Notes under the pieces: model-generated
Told to the model about the DNA's origin: nothing
Databases searched by the model: none
The model's input: the letters and a program-made list of their open reading frames with translations, nothing else
Assembly (NCBI RefSeq): GCF_006345805.1
Contig: NC_042998.1
Span: 180,110,001 to 180,174,000, forward strand
DNA from: Octopus sinensis
Taxonomy: Eukaryota
DNA length: 64,000 nucleotides
Reading direction: 5' to 3'
Shown here: positions 51,501 to 63,794 of the stretch, in pieces
Layout of the letters: every line of letters starts with the position of its first letter
How positions within the stretch are numbered: position 1 is the first letter of the stretch
Position numbers and translations under genes: made by a program

Positions 51501-52560
51501 GTGTTATCACTTTTTTTTGTTTCAGTGGCTAGTTCAGTGACGGCTAGGTTTATGCTGTTTATAATTGGTGTTGTTATTTCGTTTATTTTGATTCTTGGGA
51601 GGTATGGTCGGTGGTCCATTTTGGGCTCTGTGGTTTTCAGTTCTTTGATTATTATTTTTTTATTATCATAATCATTAGGCTCCCCTTCGTTGTTTACATC
51701 GTGTTTGTTGGGAATGTTGCGTTTGTCTTCGTGTCTTACAGTTTCAGTGTTTATATTATTGGGCATTGTTGTGTGGCTTCTATCTACATTTTCCTGGTGT
51801 ATTTTTTCTTTTAAATGTTCTATTTCTATTTCTGATATTTTTTTGGCTTTGAGAATGTATCTTCGTACGTTAGCTAATTTATTAGGGTTCATTGCTGTAT
51901 CCAAGTCTAAATCTCTATTATTTTCCTTCCATATTTTATATGTATGTGTTGTTGTATTTTCATTTTGTGGGTAGAGCATTGCTGTGAAGTATGCGTGTAA
52001 GATAGAAATGTATTCCTCACGTGTCCATTTACGTCTTTTGGGTTTTATTTGCGGGACATGAGGTACAACGTCCGGCCCATTATTTTGACGGTCGTCATTT
52101 TCGTAGGGTAACGGTCCGTTTATTTCTGTTGTCACATTATTTCGCACGAGTAGTTTTTCGTACATTTTTTGTTGTAAGTTTAATGTACGTACCGTTCGAT
52201 TGTTATTCTTGGGTTGAATAGTATCGGTGGCATTTAATTTCTTCGTAGTTCCTTTGTACATGGTGTTTGAGGTCGGGGATGATCGTGATGTTCCACGCAT
52301 GTTTACATGTGTTGTGTTAGAGGTGGAGATAATATCGAGTCAAAATACATCATTTCGTTTCGAAAATAGTAATAAATTTCAATTAGTATTACTTACTCGG
52401 ATACAGTCCAATTCTTTGTTAGTAAATCTTTGGCTCCATAGGATGTCCTTGTTTTCGATGTTTGTGGATAGATTTCGGAGCTCTGTATTTTCCTTCTTAC
52501 ATCTTAAACGTCCCCGGTGTTCTCCTACGTCCCCGGTGTTCTCCTCACGTCCCCGGTGTT
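48566..52560 (-). mobile_element. Apparently full-length R4/Dong-clade non-LTR retrotransposon inserted in (TAA)n
   Basis: Single long RT-endonuclease coding region, short UTRs, (TAA)n on both sides (48539-48565, 52561-52776); Dong-type elements are known to target TAA repeats. Confidence 0.93.
48663..52300 (-). pseudogene. R4/Dong polyprotein (~1210 aa reconstructed): N-terminal domain, reverse transcriptase, CCHC knuckle and restriction-like (PD..D/E) endonuclease; 3 frameshift regions
   Basis: NWKAPGHD, NYRPITCL, AWIDYKKAFDS, GIFQGDTLSPLLF, LYMDDLKLY, KFGLEKC, GGRGL, CRICG..ETINHIISSC, HRHDRV, RPDIV..LIDVSIP, KLSKYKDL; track ORFs 51368-52300, 50167-51288, 49673-50134, 48663-49478. Confidence 0.93.
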
Positions 52561-52582
52561 ATTATTATTATTATTATTATTA

Positions 52583-52631
<49 letters not shown>

Positions 52632-52680
52632 GTTGTTATTATTATTATTATTATTATCATTATTATTATTGTTATTATTG

Positions 52681-52763
<83 letters not shown>

Positions 52764-52776
52764 ATTATTATTATTA
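52561..52776. repeat. (TTA)n/(TTG)n microsatellite at the 5' flank of the Dong element
   Basis: Direct inspection. Confidence 0.95.
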
Positions 52777-54242
52777 TGGCAACGAACTAGTTGGACAAAA
52801 TGCGTAACGCTATTTCGTTCTTCTTTATGTTCTGAGTTCAAATGTCATGACGTCGGTTTGGTCTTTCATTATTTAGTGGTCGATAAAATAAGTACTAGTT
52901 GAGCACCCTGCCACAAAATTTCATGCCTCGTGCCTATTGCATAAAGTAAACTGTTTCTTTATTAATTATAACCTGAGAAATATATCACGTTTACATCTTT
53001 AAAAACAAAAATTCTTTATATTCTGGGGGACATGCAAAGCAGTATTTAGTATTAACAAATGCTGTGTGAGAATGCCCTTACAATATTTTTATAGTTAACC
53101 CTACTGACGGTTTGTGAGACATAACGTCTATCTTTACAGAAAAAATTTGTCAACGTTTTCATATAAATAGTTGTGTAATTACAGATGAGTTGACAGATGT
53201 ATTACTTAACTACCTCTGTGGCTTTAATACACCAGCAAGATCGATAAAATTACTTAGATTTTCATCTCACGTCTGCACAACAATATAGTCATTTGGTATT
53301 GCTCTGAGAGTAATTAGTACGCTATTGTCATTCTTCTCATGAAAATTAATCTCAGGCATAATAATGTACCATCTGGTGGTCTGCCGTCTCTATGCTATTT
53401 TTATTAAGTTTTTCATTGTGATTTACAGAGACGAATGGATGTTCAATGTACTAGGTGTATCTAAAGGAACTTTGTATGTTATCATGTCAATAAGTATATT
53501 TTATTTGAATTTCTGTTGGACATCCTGATCAAATATGGTGTATTAATACTTCAAAAAAATACAGCCAATTTTCGTCATCTATATTAGTGGAATTAGAAAG
53601 GTGGATCGCTGACAGAATAATTAGCAAGAATCTGGCATATTAGCCTTGATTTTTCTATTACTGTTTATCGACATATCTCAGGGTATGTTTGCTTTGTCAT
53701 TTTCTGTGAACTTTTCTGGTATATATATTTATATCTTTTTTTTGTGCTGTCCTTCCTTAGGGCAAGCACATCTTACAACGTATATAAGTTCCCTTTCTGT
53801 CATATCTTTGGATATATTCTTTCCTTTATTCATTTAATAGGCCTAAGGGCCTTACAAAGAAAGAAAGCTGCGGGCTGGATACGGACATAATGAGATGGAA
53901 TGATAATAATAAGAGTGACACTGGTTAGCTAGAGAATTTACTGTTGCTTCCTCATTACTAGATATGCTGCAGATACTAATTGTATGTTTCTTCATTATGC
54001 ATTTTTAGTGTTTTGGAGGGGGGGGGCAGGGATTTAATTTTTACTATTTCTTCTCTGTTTGGCTTATGTAAGGACATTTCCTACCGTGGTTTTATCGTGG
54101 CATTTTGTAGTCCCAATTTTAACTTAGATTTTAATCGTTTTACAGTTTTTATTGTTTCTCTTTTTGCCTCACATTTGTCATGCGCTATTTTTCGATATCT
54201 TTGAAGACAAAAAAGACTTTTTTCATCTTACTACTATTATGA

Positions 54243-55170
54243 AGGCGGCGAGCTGGCTGAATCGTTAGGACTTCGGTTAAAATGATTAATTAGCGGAATT
54301 TCGCTCGTCTTTACGTTAGGAGCCTCAAACTTGTGGATGGGGGGACTACTCAATTATATCGACCCCAGTGTTTCACTGGTACTTAATTTATCGACCCCGA
54401 AATGATTAAAGGCAAAGTCGAGCTCGGCGGAATTTGATCCCAGAACATACGGACGGACGAAATGCCGCTAAGTATTTTCCCTGGGCGTGTTAACGATTCT
54501 GCCAGCTCGCCATCTTAATAATCCTTTCTACTGGAAGCACAAGGCTTCAGATTTGGATGAAGGGATTAAGTCGATTACATCGACCCCAGTGCATAACTGA
54601 TACTTATTTAATCGACCCCGAAAGGATGAAAGGCAAAGTCAATCCCGGCAAAATTTAAACTCAGAACGTAGGAACAGACGAAATACCGCTAAGCACTTCG
54701 CCCAGTGTGCTAACGATTTATATTTCTTTACTGCCCACAAGGGGCTCCAAACAAGGGGGACAAACAAGTACAGAAAAACGGTTTAAGTCAATTATATCGA
54801 CCCCAGTGCGTAATTGATACTTATATAATCGACCCCGAAAGGATGAAAGGCAAAGTCGACCTTGGCGGAATTTGAACTCAGAACGTAGCGGCAGGCGAAA
54901 TTCCAAGCATTTCACCCGGCGTGATAACGTCTCTGCCAGCTCGCCGTCTTAATAATAATAATAACAATAATAATGCGAAGTGGCAGAATTACAAAACGCC
55001 GAATGAAATGCTTAGCGGTATTTCTCCTGGCTTGTTACGTTCTGAGTTCGATATTGCTTTCGTTGTTTCGAGATTGATAAAATAAACAATAGTTGAGCAC
55101 TGGTTTTGATATATGACTTACCTATCCATTCCCTCTAAGATTGCTTGCCTTGTGCCAAAATTAAAATGAA
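54243..55170. mobile_element. Cluster of at least 5 family A and related SINEs in both orientations (youngest 54720-54948, -)
   Basis: Repeated head and central domains. Confidence 0.8.
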
Positions 55171-55199
55171 TGATTATTATTATTATTATTATCAGTTAT

Positions 55200-55806
55200 T
55201 ACGAGGTGGTGCTGGAAAGTTACTGGTTTTAGGGTAAAACAGAATACAGGTGAATCAACTAATTATGATTTTATTTAGGCGCAGGAGTGGCTGTGTGGTA
55301 AGAAGCTTGATTACCAACCACATGGTTCCGGGTTCAGTCCCACTGCGTGGCACCTTGGGCATGTGTCTTCTACTATAGCCTCTGGCCGACTAAAGCCTTG
55401 TGAGTGGACTTGGTGGACGGAAACTGAAAAGAATCCCGTCGTATATATGTATGTGTGTGTGTGTGTGTATGTTTGTTTGTGTGTGTGTTTGTCCCCCCAA
55501 CAGCGCTTGACAATCGATGCTGGTATGTTTACGATAGAATAAGTACTAGGCTGACAAAGAATAAGTCCTGGGGTCGATTTGCTCGACTAAAGTCCTGGGG
55601 TCGATTTGCTCCAGCATGGCCGCAGTCAAATGACTGAAACAAGTATAAGAATAAAAGAGTAATACATTCCCCTCTCGGATTCACACACACTTATTGCAAC
55701 GTTCCTCTAGTTTTTCTAAACTCTGTAAAAGAACTCGGAAGGTTGTGCCTCCAGCCAGCCCTTTCATGAAATTCTTATAGCCCGGAACTTTTCAGCACCT
55801 CATCGA
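55200..55806 (-). mobile_element. Mariner MITE (same family as 26218) interrupted by a full-length SINE B (+, 55278-55659)
   Basis: TIR tacgaggtggtgctggaaag at 55200 and ggaacttttcagcacctc at ~55800; MITE body resumes after the SINE. Confidence 0.75.
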
Positions 55807-55929
55807 ACATAATACTAATACAGGCAGTGATAAGGTAGAATGGTTAGCCCGTCGGACAAAGATACTTAACGGCATTTTTTCTGGTTCTTTATATACTGAC
55901 TGCCTGCGCACATACATGCGAGTACTGTC

Positions 55930-56167
55930 CAAATCTCCGACCAATCACATACAGCTAGCTGGCATTCAACTGGCGTATCAAGTTTCGGGCATTTTGATTG
56001 GATTTTGGATAGAAAATTCACAACAAAGTCCCTTCTATTGATTTTTTTAATGGCTTTGCTGGGTGACTGGGAAATTGTAAAGATGTGCACAACCACCCTT
56101 GGACGGTTTTGAATGACCATAGAAAGTGCGAGCCCTCTAACTGAAAAATTGTGGATTTGTATAAAGG

Positions 56168-56250
<83 letters not shown>

Positions 56251-56273
56251 TTTGCCGTTTATATATAGAGAGA
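55930..56273 (-). mobile_element. Non-autonomous Helitron (family 3), 5' part only
   Basis: Minus-strand A|TCTCTCTATATATAAA start followed by a (GT)n tract, as in families 1 and 2; CTAG end not seen. Confidence 0.55.
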
Positions 56274-56624
56274 TTTCAAGTACAACTGAGATCGACTTTG
56301 CTGCATCCTTTCAAAGCCGATAAAATATGAAATACAAAATGAGCACTAGGGTCGATGTTATTGATTTTCCCCTTATCCTTAAAACAGCTGGCCTTGTGCA
56401 AAAATTATAAAGAATTATTGTTAATATTATCTTCATTACCTCCATTATAATTTTTATAATCAATTTCTTTCGTTTACGGTGTTTACAAATACAACAAATT
56501 GTGACGCTGTCATCACTCTTGGATCCAAAAGTATCAGTAATATGAGTCTATGCAATCGACTTCGCTCTCCCTCTTTAAATTTCTAAATTTTTGACGATAT
56601 TGTCCTTGTCATCAGTATCATTAA

Positions 56625-57002
56625 CTAGCAGCATCGCCCAGCGTTGCTCGGATTGTTTCGACCCTTTAGAATTGGAATTTTTCAAAAGTAAAAATTTTGC
56701 ATGATGTAGCTTGTTATTCTCTTTAAGTGAACATTTTTCTGGTTGAAATACACCGAAAAATGGCGACACAGTAGTTAAAATATCGTGAAAAATAGGGGTT
56801 TTCATAGCAAAGAAAGCACCTTTTTGATGTAAATAATTTTTGGTGTTAACATGGTCCGATTTGAATTTTTCCTTCTACGGAAGCCTTCTTCTATCATACT
56901 TTCAATTTTGGTCAACTGGCGCCGCAGGGTCTCGGAGGAGATAGTGTTAGTTGAAGGCTGCTAAACCTGCCATACACAGACAACTTCAGCTTTATATAGA
57001 GA
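56625..57002 (-). mobile_element. Non-autonomous Helitron (family 1)
   Basis: A|TC...CTAG|T termini; high similarity to 23170-23616. Confidence 0.8.
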
Positions 57003-58700
57003 TAGATTAAGAACACCGGCAAGTATATAGAAACGGTAAATTTTACTTTTATCCATCTACCTATTTCTGTTGGCAATGCGACCCTTCTTCGCTCCAGTTT
57101 GCCTTTAGTTTCTCAGGAGGTCTGTTGTTGATTGAATCGACTGTAACACAAATACGTTGTTCTTATGACTATATAAGGAATCACTATTATTATAAGAGAT
57201 GCTACCGTCGAATAGTCGTGTCAGCTCTGGCATGGAATATTTGGTTGAAAACAAACTATAGCAAAGAAAAGAACAACGCCGAGTCGCCATGTTTTCTTGT
57301 TGACAACCAATCATGTTCTCTCCGATGTCTTTTCCCCACTTCAGTCTCCCAGTCTCTCTTTCCCTCCCCCTCTCGTTCTGTCTTTGTGCTTTTTATCAGA
57401 TTATGAAAATAAACACGATGAATGTTGGTTTTTATTTCTCTAACTGTTCAAATAATTAATAAAACAGCAACTTTGGCAAACAACACACGAAGGAAACGCC
57501 TCAGAGTCATCTCTGTTTTCCTTCTCTCTTTTTCCTCTCTCCCTCTCTCTCCCTTTCACCCAATATCCCCGACTCGAACTTTACTTTTCTATCTCATATT
57601 TCTTTTTTGCCCTTTTTGTTCTCCAGCTTTCCTTCTATCTTTCTCTCTCCGTTCCCCCGTTTTCTCTCCCTCTATTTCACACTAACACTTAGATCTTTCT
57701 AACTTTATTCTTCTAGGCAATCGCATCTGGAAATGGTGTTGTTTGCACAGAGCAATCACACCCTACCACATCCACGAATATAGATGTGTAACACGCACAT
57801 ATGTGTACATATATGTACATTACAAGTCCTTCGCATGCATGGCTCAACATAAATACACATACGTATATATAATGGGCATATATATATATATATATATATT
57901 TACATATATACACATGTGTGTGTGTGTGTGTATACAAATGTATGCATACATACAAAATATTGCCGGAAGGCGCTTACTACCTGGTAAATACATTGGCTAG
58001 TTAAGCCGACCATGTTAAAGAAAGTAAATTTTTACCACCATCTCTCAACAACCAAACAAAACTTCACGTATACACCAACACAATGACATACACGCATATA
58101 CATAAAAATACTCATAAACACACTCACGCACACGCGCGCGCGCACACTTACACACATGTATATAAAACGTGTACACATGTATATATATATTGGTATGTAT
58201 GTATATATATATATATAAATATATATATATGAATGAATATATGATAAAGTTTTATGTGTCAGCATTTATAAGTAATGTGTGGGCATTTATCAACACGAAA
58301 CCAGTATATACACACACCACACACACACACACGCACTCACTGTCGGTCAAGAACTCAAAAGCAGTGCTTTGATACGCAAAATATTCCCTATAAATATAAA
58401 CATCACAAATATGATAAACGCATTTTAATCAAAATAGTATATCTATCCACCTATCTATCTATCTATGTATGTATCTATCTATCTATCTATCTATCTATTT
58501 ATCTATCTACTTATCTATCTATCTATCTATCTATCTACCTATATATCTAGCTACCTACCTATCTATCCATCCCTCCATTCACACTATGTATCTATCTGTC
58601 TGTCTACCTAGTTATCTGTACACACACATATACACATACTTGTGTGTGTGTGCGCGTGTTAACACAATTCTTACATATATGTGTATGAATTTATATACCT

Positions 58701-58931
58701 ATTTCTTTACTACCCACAAGGAGCTAAATACAAGGGGGACAAACAAGGACAGGCAAAAGGGATTACGTCGATTATATCAACCCCAGTGCGCAACTGGTAC
58801 TTAATTTATCGACCCCGAAAGGATGAAAGGCAAAGTCGACCTCGGCGAAATTTGAACTCAGAACGTAGCGGCAGACGAAATACCGCAAAGTATTTCGCCC
58901 AGCGTGCTAACGTTTCTGCCAGCTCGTCGCC
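58701..58931 (-). mobile_element. SINE family A, full length, 19 bp TSD
   Basis: tgtatgaatttatatacct at 58682-58700 and 58933-58951. Confidence 0.93.
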
Positions 58932-59329
58932 TTGTATGAATTTATATACCTTTATGCGTTTGTATGTATGCATGTATCTATGCATGCATTTAAAAATTTA
59001 CATATATAACTCCCTGTGTAGGAAAAGAGAAAAGAGACAAGATATAAGCACAATGCTTTTTTCTTGTTTACCTGAAATTCATAATTTTCTGTTTCGCACT
59101 TATTAATCAACTGCATTTTTGTTATTGTATTTGTCTTACAATCCTGCTTCGAAACTCAGGAATAGAATCAGTACTTGCTGTAAGTGAAGTTATCTTGGGG
59201 AACTAGGGACTTGTAAATGTTTGCAGCTTCATTTTCGTTTACAACGGAGCTCAATCGGAATATAGACTTTGACAACCAAAGTTTTATCTGCAGAAGAATT
59301 GTATTTATCATCGTTTATACATTTTGTGT

Positions 59330-60370
59330 TTTTTAATTTGTTCTGTTGCAGCGGTGGGGGGCATACTAGTGACTTTCGTAGCTACCCACCGCCTAATGAG
59401 ACAGAGGAAATCGATAATATTGTCGCTCTACCTCAGCAGTTGTGAATCGACGGCTGTTGTGAGGATATTCCAAGGGATAAGCATACTAGATAGAAAAGGA
59501 CAGGGCGTGTTTGTTTGTATATAACTTGAGACAAGAGTGGAAACAAAAATGTGTGACAATAGAAGTAAAGTTAGTGGGTGAGGGCCTCTGAGTAAAAGGG
59601 GTACGACTGACTCACTCAGAAGAGTAGGAGCCTACTGAAAGAAGAGATTGCATGATCGTGAATCAGGGGTTGCAATATGTCTGTGAGGGACTTCATGCCA
59701 ATCAGACAAGTAACCTTTCTTTGAATGAAGTCTTGGATGCCTATATGCTTATCTAGCAGTTGCACCTTGCCAGATCCGAATGGAATATTCTATTGTGGAT
59801 CTACTCTGAGTGTTTTTGAGGGTTGGTTATTAATGATCAGTTTTGATGAATTTTCTGGGCTTGAACAAGAATGCCAGTCTTCGTGAAGTTTTGCGTTCTG
59901 CTGGTATCTGTAGGCCTAGTATCTGTAGCTATTTTGCATCGTTTCGCTATGCTGTTCATGTTTAGGTAGAGATTAATGTAAAATAATATTCTCTTGGTTA
60001 TCTGTACTGAGTGGGTCTTTGTGATAATGCAAGAGACAAGATTGACATGTTTTGACAGGAGAATGCCATCAAGGTCTCTGTTTATGGATTCAGTGTAGGT
60101 CGACATGGTATACACCAGAGTTGATAGAATGTGAATTATGGAGAACCTTTTAGCATACACTTCAATGATGCTGTCTAACAGAGACTCACTGATGAAACCA
60201 ACCAGAGAGGGACAGAGTCAGAATTTTTTTAGACAAGATGAATGCTTCGCAGATGTTGAGATAGAGAACACTGTTTGCAGTGACTTAATCGTGTGCTGGA
60301 GTAAAAGAGTAAAATACTCGTAGGTCTAGGTTTTCGAAGACCATACTGGTGTCTTTAGTTAGACGTTAAT
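59330..60370 (-). mobile_element. Possible heavily decayed non-LTR retrotransposon 3' remnant
   Basis: Higher-complexity, A/C-rich minus strand with a 107-codon open stretch loosely like an RT C-terminus; no diagnostic motif. Confidence 0.3.
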
Positions 60371-63300
60371 GTTTTTCTTCGGCACCTTTGAAATTATGGA
60401 ACAATTATGGAAGTGATTTCAACCCAGCACTAAGTGGAAAGATCAGAATTGTTTCTAAAGGAAGATCACAGCAGGAGCTGAGAGAGAGAAAGAGAGAGAG
60501 AGAGAGGGAGAGAGAGAAATGGATAGCGATAAATGGAGAGAGAGAGAAATAGATAGAGAGGAGAGAGAGGGAGAGAGAGAATGAGGAGAGGAATGGAGAG
60601 CGAGAGAGACTGACAAGTTAATTCGAGGAAAGTAGAAAGAGCATTATTAGCGGAGTGTTGTGAGCGATTATAGATAGTTTCGTACTTATAATGTATATAT
60701 GAATCGTTTTCAGTTTATTGACGTAGTAAAGGATCGCCCCCATAGCTATGCCTTACAGTGTGTTGTTATTTGGAAACAGGAAACAATAATCTGAACTTTC
60801 TCTTATCCGGAACATTCATGGTGTAGAAATGAAATAAAAATAATAAATTCGGCAAATTAGTGCAGGTCCTCTTGTCCTTTTGGCTTGGGACTAATTCATT
60901 CGAATGCACTTTGGTAGACAGTATGGCTTGCAGGATGTTTAATGCACGTATTAGAGTAATTTCAGAGCTGCATAAAAGCCATCCAGATGTCGGCAATTTT
61001 CTCCAATCATTGTATGATATCTGCTTCATGATATCTGCTTCAAATCTTGAAGTCTATATGTGAACGAAACCCCTGAGGTACTTAAAGATTTAATCTTTAT
61101 ATCCTACAAAACATAGATGTATTATTTGAGCATCGAATACTGCTTTGAAAGATCCTCTCGTATAGATGCACCGTGCTAAAAGCACATGTATATATCAAAG
61201 CAGAAGAAAACCGCCCATTACAGACGCCAGAACTGCCAGAAAACGTGATCTCAAGCGCTTCCTCAGTAACAAACAGGTGTCCAGCCCTGCATACCTGTCA
61301 AATCTTACTGCCAAAGATATATAGAGTTACAGTGGCTTTTCACTCAGTGGTGCCGCAAATAACCAACCAGCTTATTAAAATATAAATATTAGTGACGGAA
61401 TGCTGAGCTCGTTACCTGCCACTGAGGAAGTTCACGACGCAGATCTGACAAACCCGCCCTTTTACTAGATGGTTCTCGTCTACTAAGATATATGTCTGCT
61501 TTTAGCACCGTACGTCGTTATGAGAGGATCTTTTCGGGCATATACCACAGTATTTGGCATTCTAATAATACATCCACGATTTGTAGGTTATGAATATTGT
61601 GTGTCTTGGTATTAATGTTGCTTCCATTGCAAATATTTATTTTTTAATACGCCGGTTTATTGTTTGCGGCACCAGACATAGAATTACATTTTATTTGAAA
61701 GAGTGGAAGAGGAATATTTTGAACCAGAGTAACTGGAAACTGTTGTATCGGATATTCAAGTGATAGAGTTGAGTGGCGAGGCAAGTAAAATCTAGAAATG
61801 TACAGATAGCACCTTTCAAAATGAAACGCGAGTATAAAGTGTAGATTAGTCTGCAAAGATGGATTGCAGACAACTTGTATTTTTGTGGCGTATCGCACTC
61901 TTTTCGCACATATAATTCGTTATAGGATAGTATACTTTGAGCTTAACAATTTTATCCTTTTGGTCTACGTAGATATGATGCAGCATCAGGCAATTTCAGT
62001 AATGGATTATAAAGAGAATTAGATAACAGCACAAAATATCTCAGTGTGTTACATGAGTCTATATGTCAAAACAATCACATGAATTGCTGTTATATACATG
62101 GATGTTAGTGCCACCTGTTACGTCTGTGTTTTAGTACCTTTAGTACTCGAAAATGCATACCTATTTACAAGTTATTTATGCATGCTCCGGTGAGGGGTAA
62201 CAGATTAGAGATTATCCCCTGCTGAGTAGAGTTCGCAAATTGTCTTCGATTTCCAACATTTGCATTACTATTACTCTTCTTAGAAAGAATAAACATGAGA
62301 ATATATGTGCTTATCAATTTCTAAAAATACAAAATTCTGCATAAAAGCTAAACACTGGCCAACGAGGGAGACTTAATTTATTAAAAAGAACTGGACAAAC
62401 ACACCGTACTGCTTCCAACAAAGGAAAGGAACGCTAGGCAATGTTGTAATAAATATGAGTGATTTAAGGACAATCACACGCAGAACACCTTTGATTAAAG
62501 GTCAGATCGATCAGTGCTGATCTGATGGTTAAACAAACAGTAACGACTCTATAAAGTTAAGAACAACTATCGGAAAGCTGAAAAATCACAACTAAACAAT
62601 TTGTCACACTTTCTCATCACTTAAGTCATAGAATTAAGTAATGTCTTGTCTTTTCAATAAAAGCAATGCTATGAATATTTCATTAAGTGATGTATATCCA
62701 TCAGATAGCGTTTGTTTAAGACGATGTTTCTATGTATTTATTTATTCATTCCAGAATAAATATGAAAGAAAGTGCTGATCTATAAAAGACTGAGTATCAC
62801 ATTTTTTTAAATGAACATGTGAGCTCTTAGAAATATCTAAATATCTCCCAAATTAAAACCTCCTGTCCAGAAAATGTGACCCTTGAGATACACTTCGTCA
62901 GAACGAAAGAACAGTTGGTCATGACTGGAACTATAAAATCCAGCAATAGCAAGGTTAAAAAGTTCTAACATGAACTGCAGCAGCATCAGTAACCAGAAAT
63001 CATTTGGTTGCTGCTGTATTTTTTTTGTGTTGATTGGCGGTAAGGAAGATTATTTTGTCCGCTTGCCTATCTATGATGACTCAGATTGGCGAGTATCATT
63101 CATTAATGCAGCTGATGTTACTGCATCTGCCGCTGTTGTATTTGCTGATGATTATGACAACAAAAATGGTTACTGATCATAACGAAATAGGATAGATTTT
63201 TTTGTTTGTTTTGTATTGGAGTTTTTAAACGATTTTATCCGATTCATTAATTATTGCTATTTTAAAAAAATTTTCACTGCATTACATCTTTTGTAATGTT

Positions 63301-63494
63301 TTCCTCTGTTGTTCCCTTGGCAAATAAAGAAATTGTAATTATCATTATTGTTAATATTTTTATCTCAGTGTTATTTTCACAGCGTGTTTTCACTGCACAA
63401 TCGAACATATATTATACTTCTTGGGTGCTTGCTGTGACTTGCTTTTGCATATCTGTTGCACTGAATGTACTCTACATGATATATATATATATAG

Positions 63495-63720
63495 GGGGAA
63501 AATTCACAAAAATAAAAAACAAGAGATGAAGACAGGTGGTGTAGAAAGCAAACAGATGTATTAGTATAATGCTCGGGAATTGAACCAGTCTTTAATATTT
63601 CAAGCCTACGCTCTTCCACACCAAGGAACACAGAAAAAAAACAAGGAGAGAAAAAAATGTGTGTAGTGGCTATCACGGCGAATGCCGGACAGAATAGTCA
63701 CACAGAACTAAGTAGTAGGG
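63495..63720 (-). mobile_element. Mini-PLE of the 31120 family; CpG-decayed hammerhead relic 63590-63626
   Basis: Minus strand gtgtgga|a|gagc-gtag-gctt|gaaatatt|aaag followed by ttcccgagca...ctaata..tcctgtcttc-like tail; abuts (TA)n. Confidence 0.7.
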
Positions 63721-63739
63721 GAGATAACAGGAAAGTTTA

Positions 63740-63794
<55 letters not shown>

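Noticed and set aside
52508-52560. CRISPR-like short direct repeats
   Set aside because: Contiguous tandem copies without unique spacers, in eukaryotic DNA at a retrotransposon 5' end; no cas genes
48670-52902. Plus-strand ORFs over the Dong element
   Set aside because: Antisense shadows of the A-rich retrotransposon ORF and of the TAA tract
57105-57406. Overlapping ORFs on both strands with acceptor-like pyrimidine tracts
   Set aside because: No recognisable protein and no consistent exon pairing with other candidates
61050-61910. Higher-complexity stretch with several 70-85 codon ORFs
   Set aside because: No identifiable domain in any frame; cannot be called without a homology search
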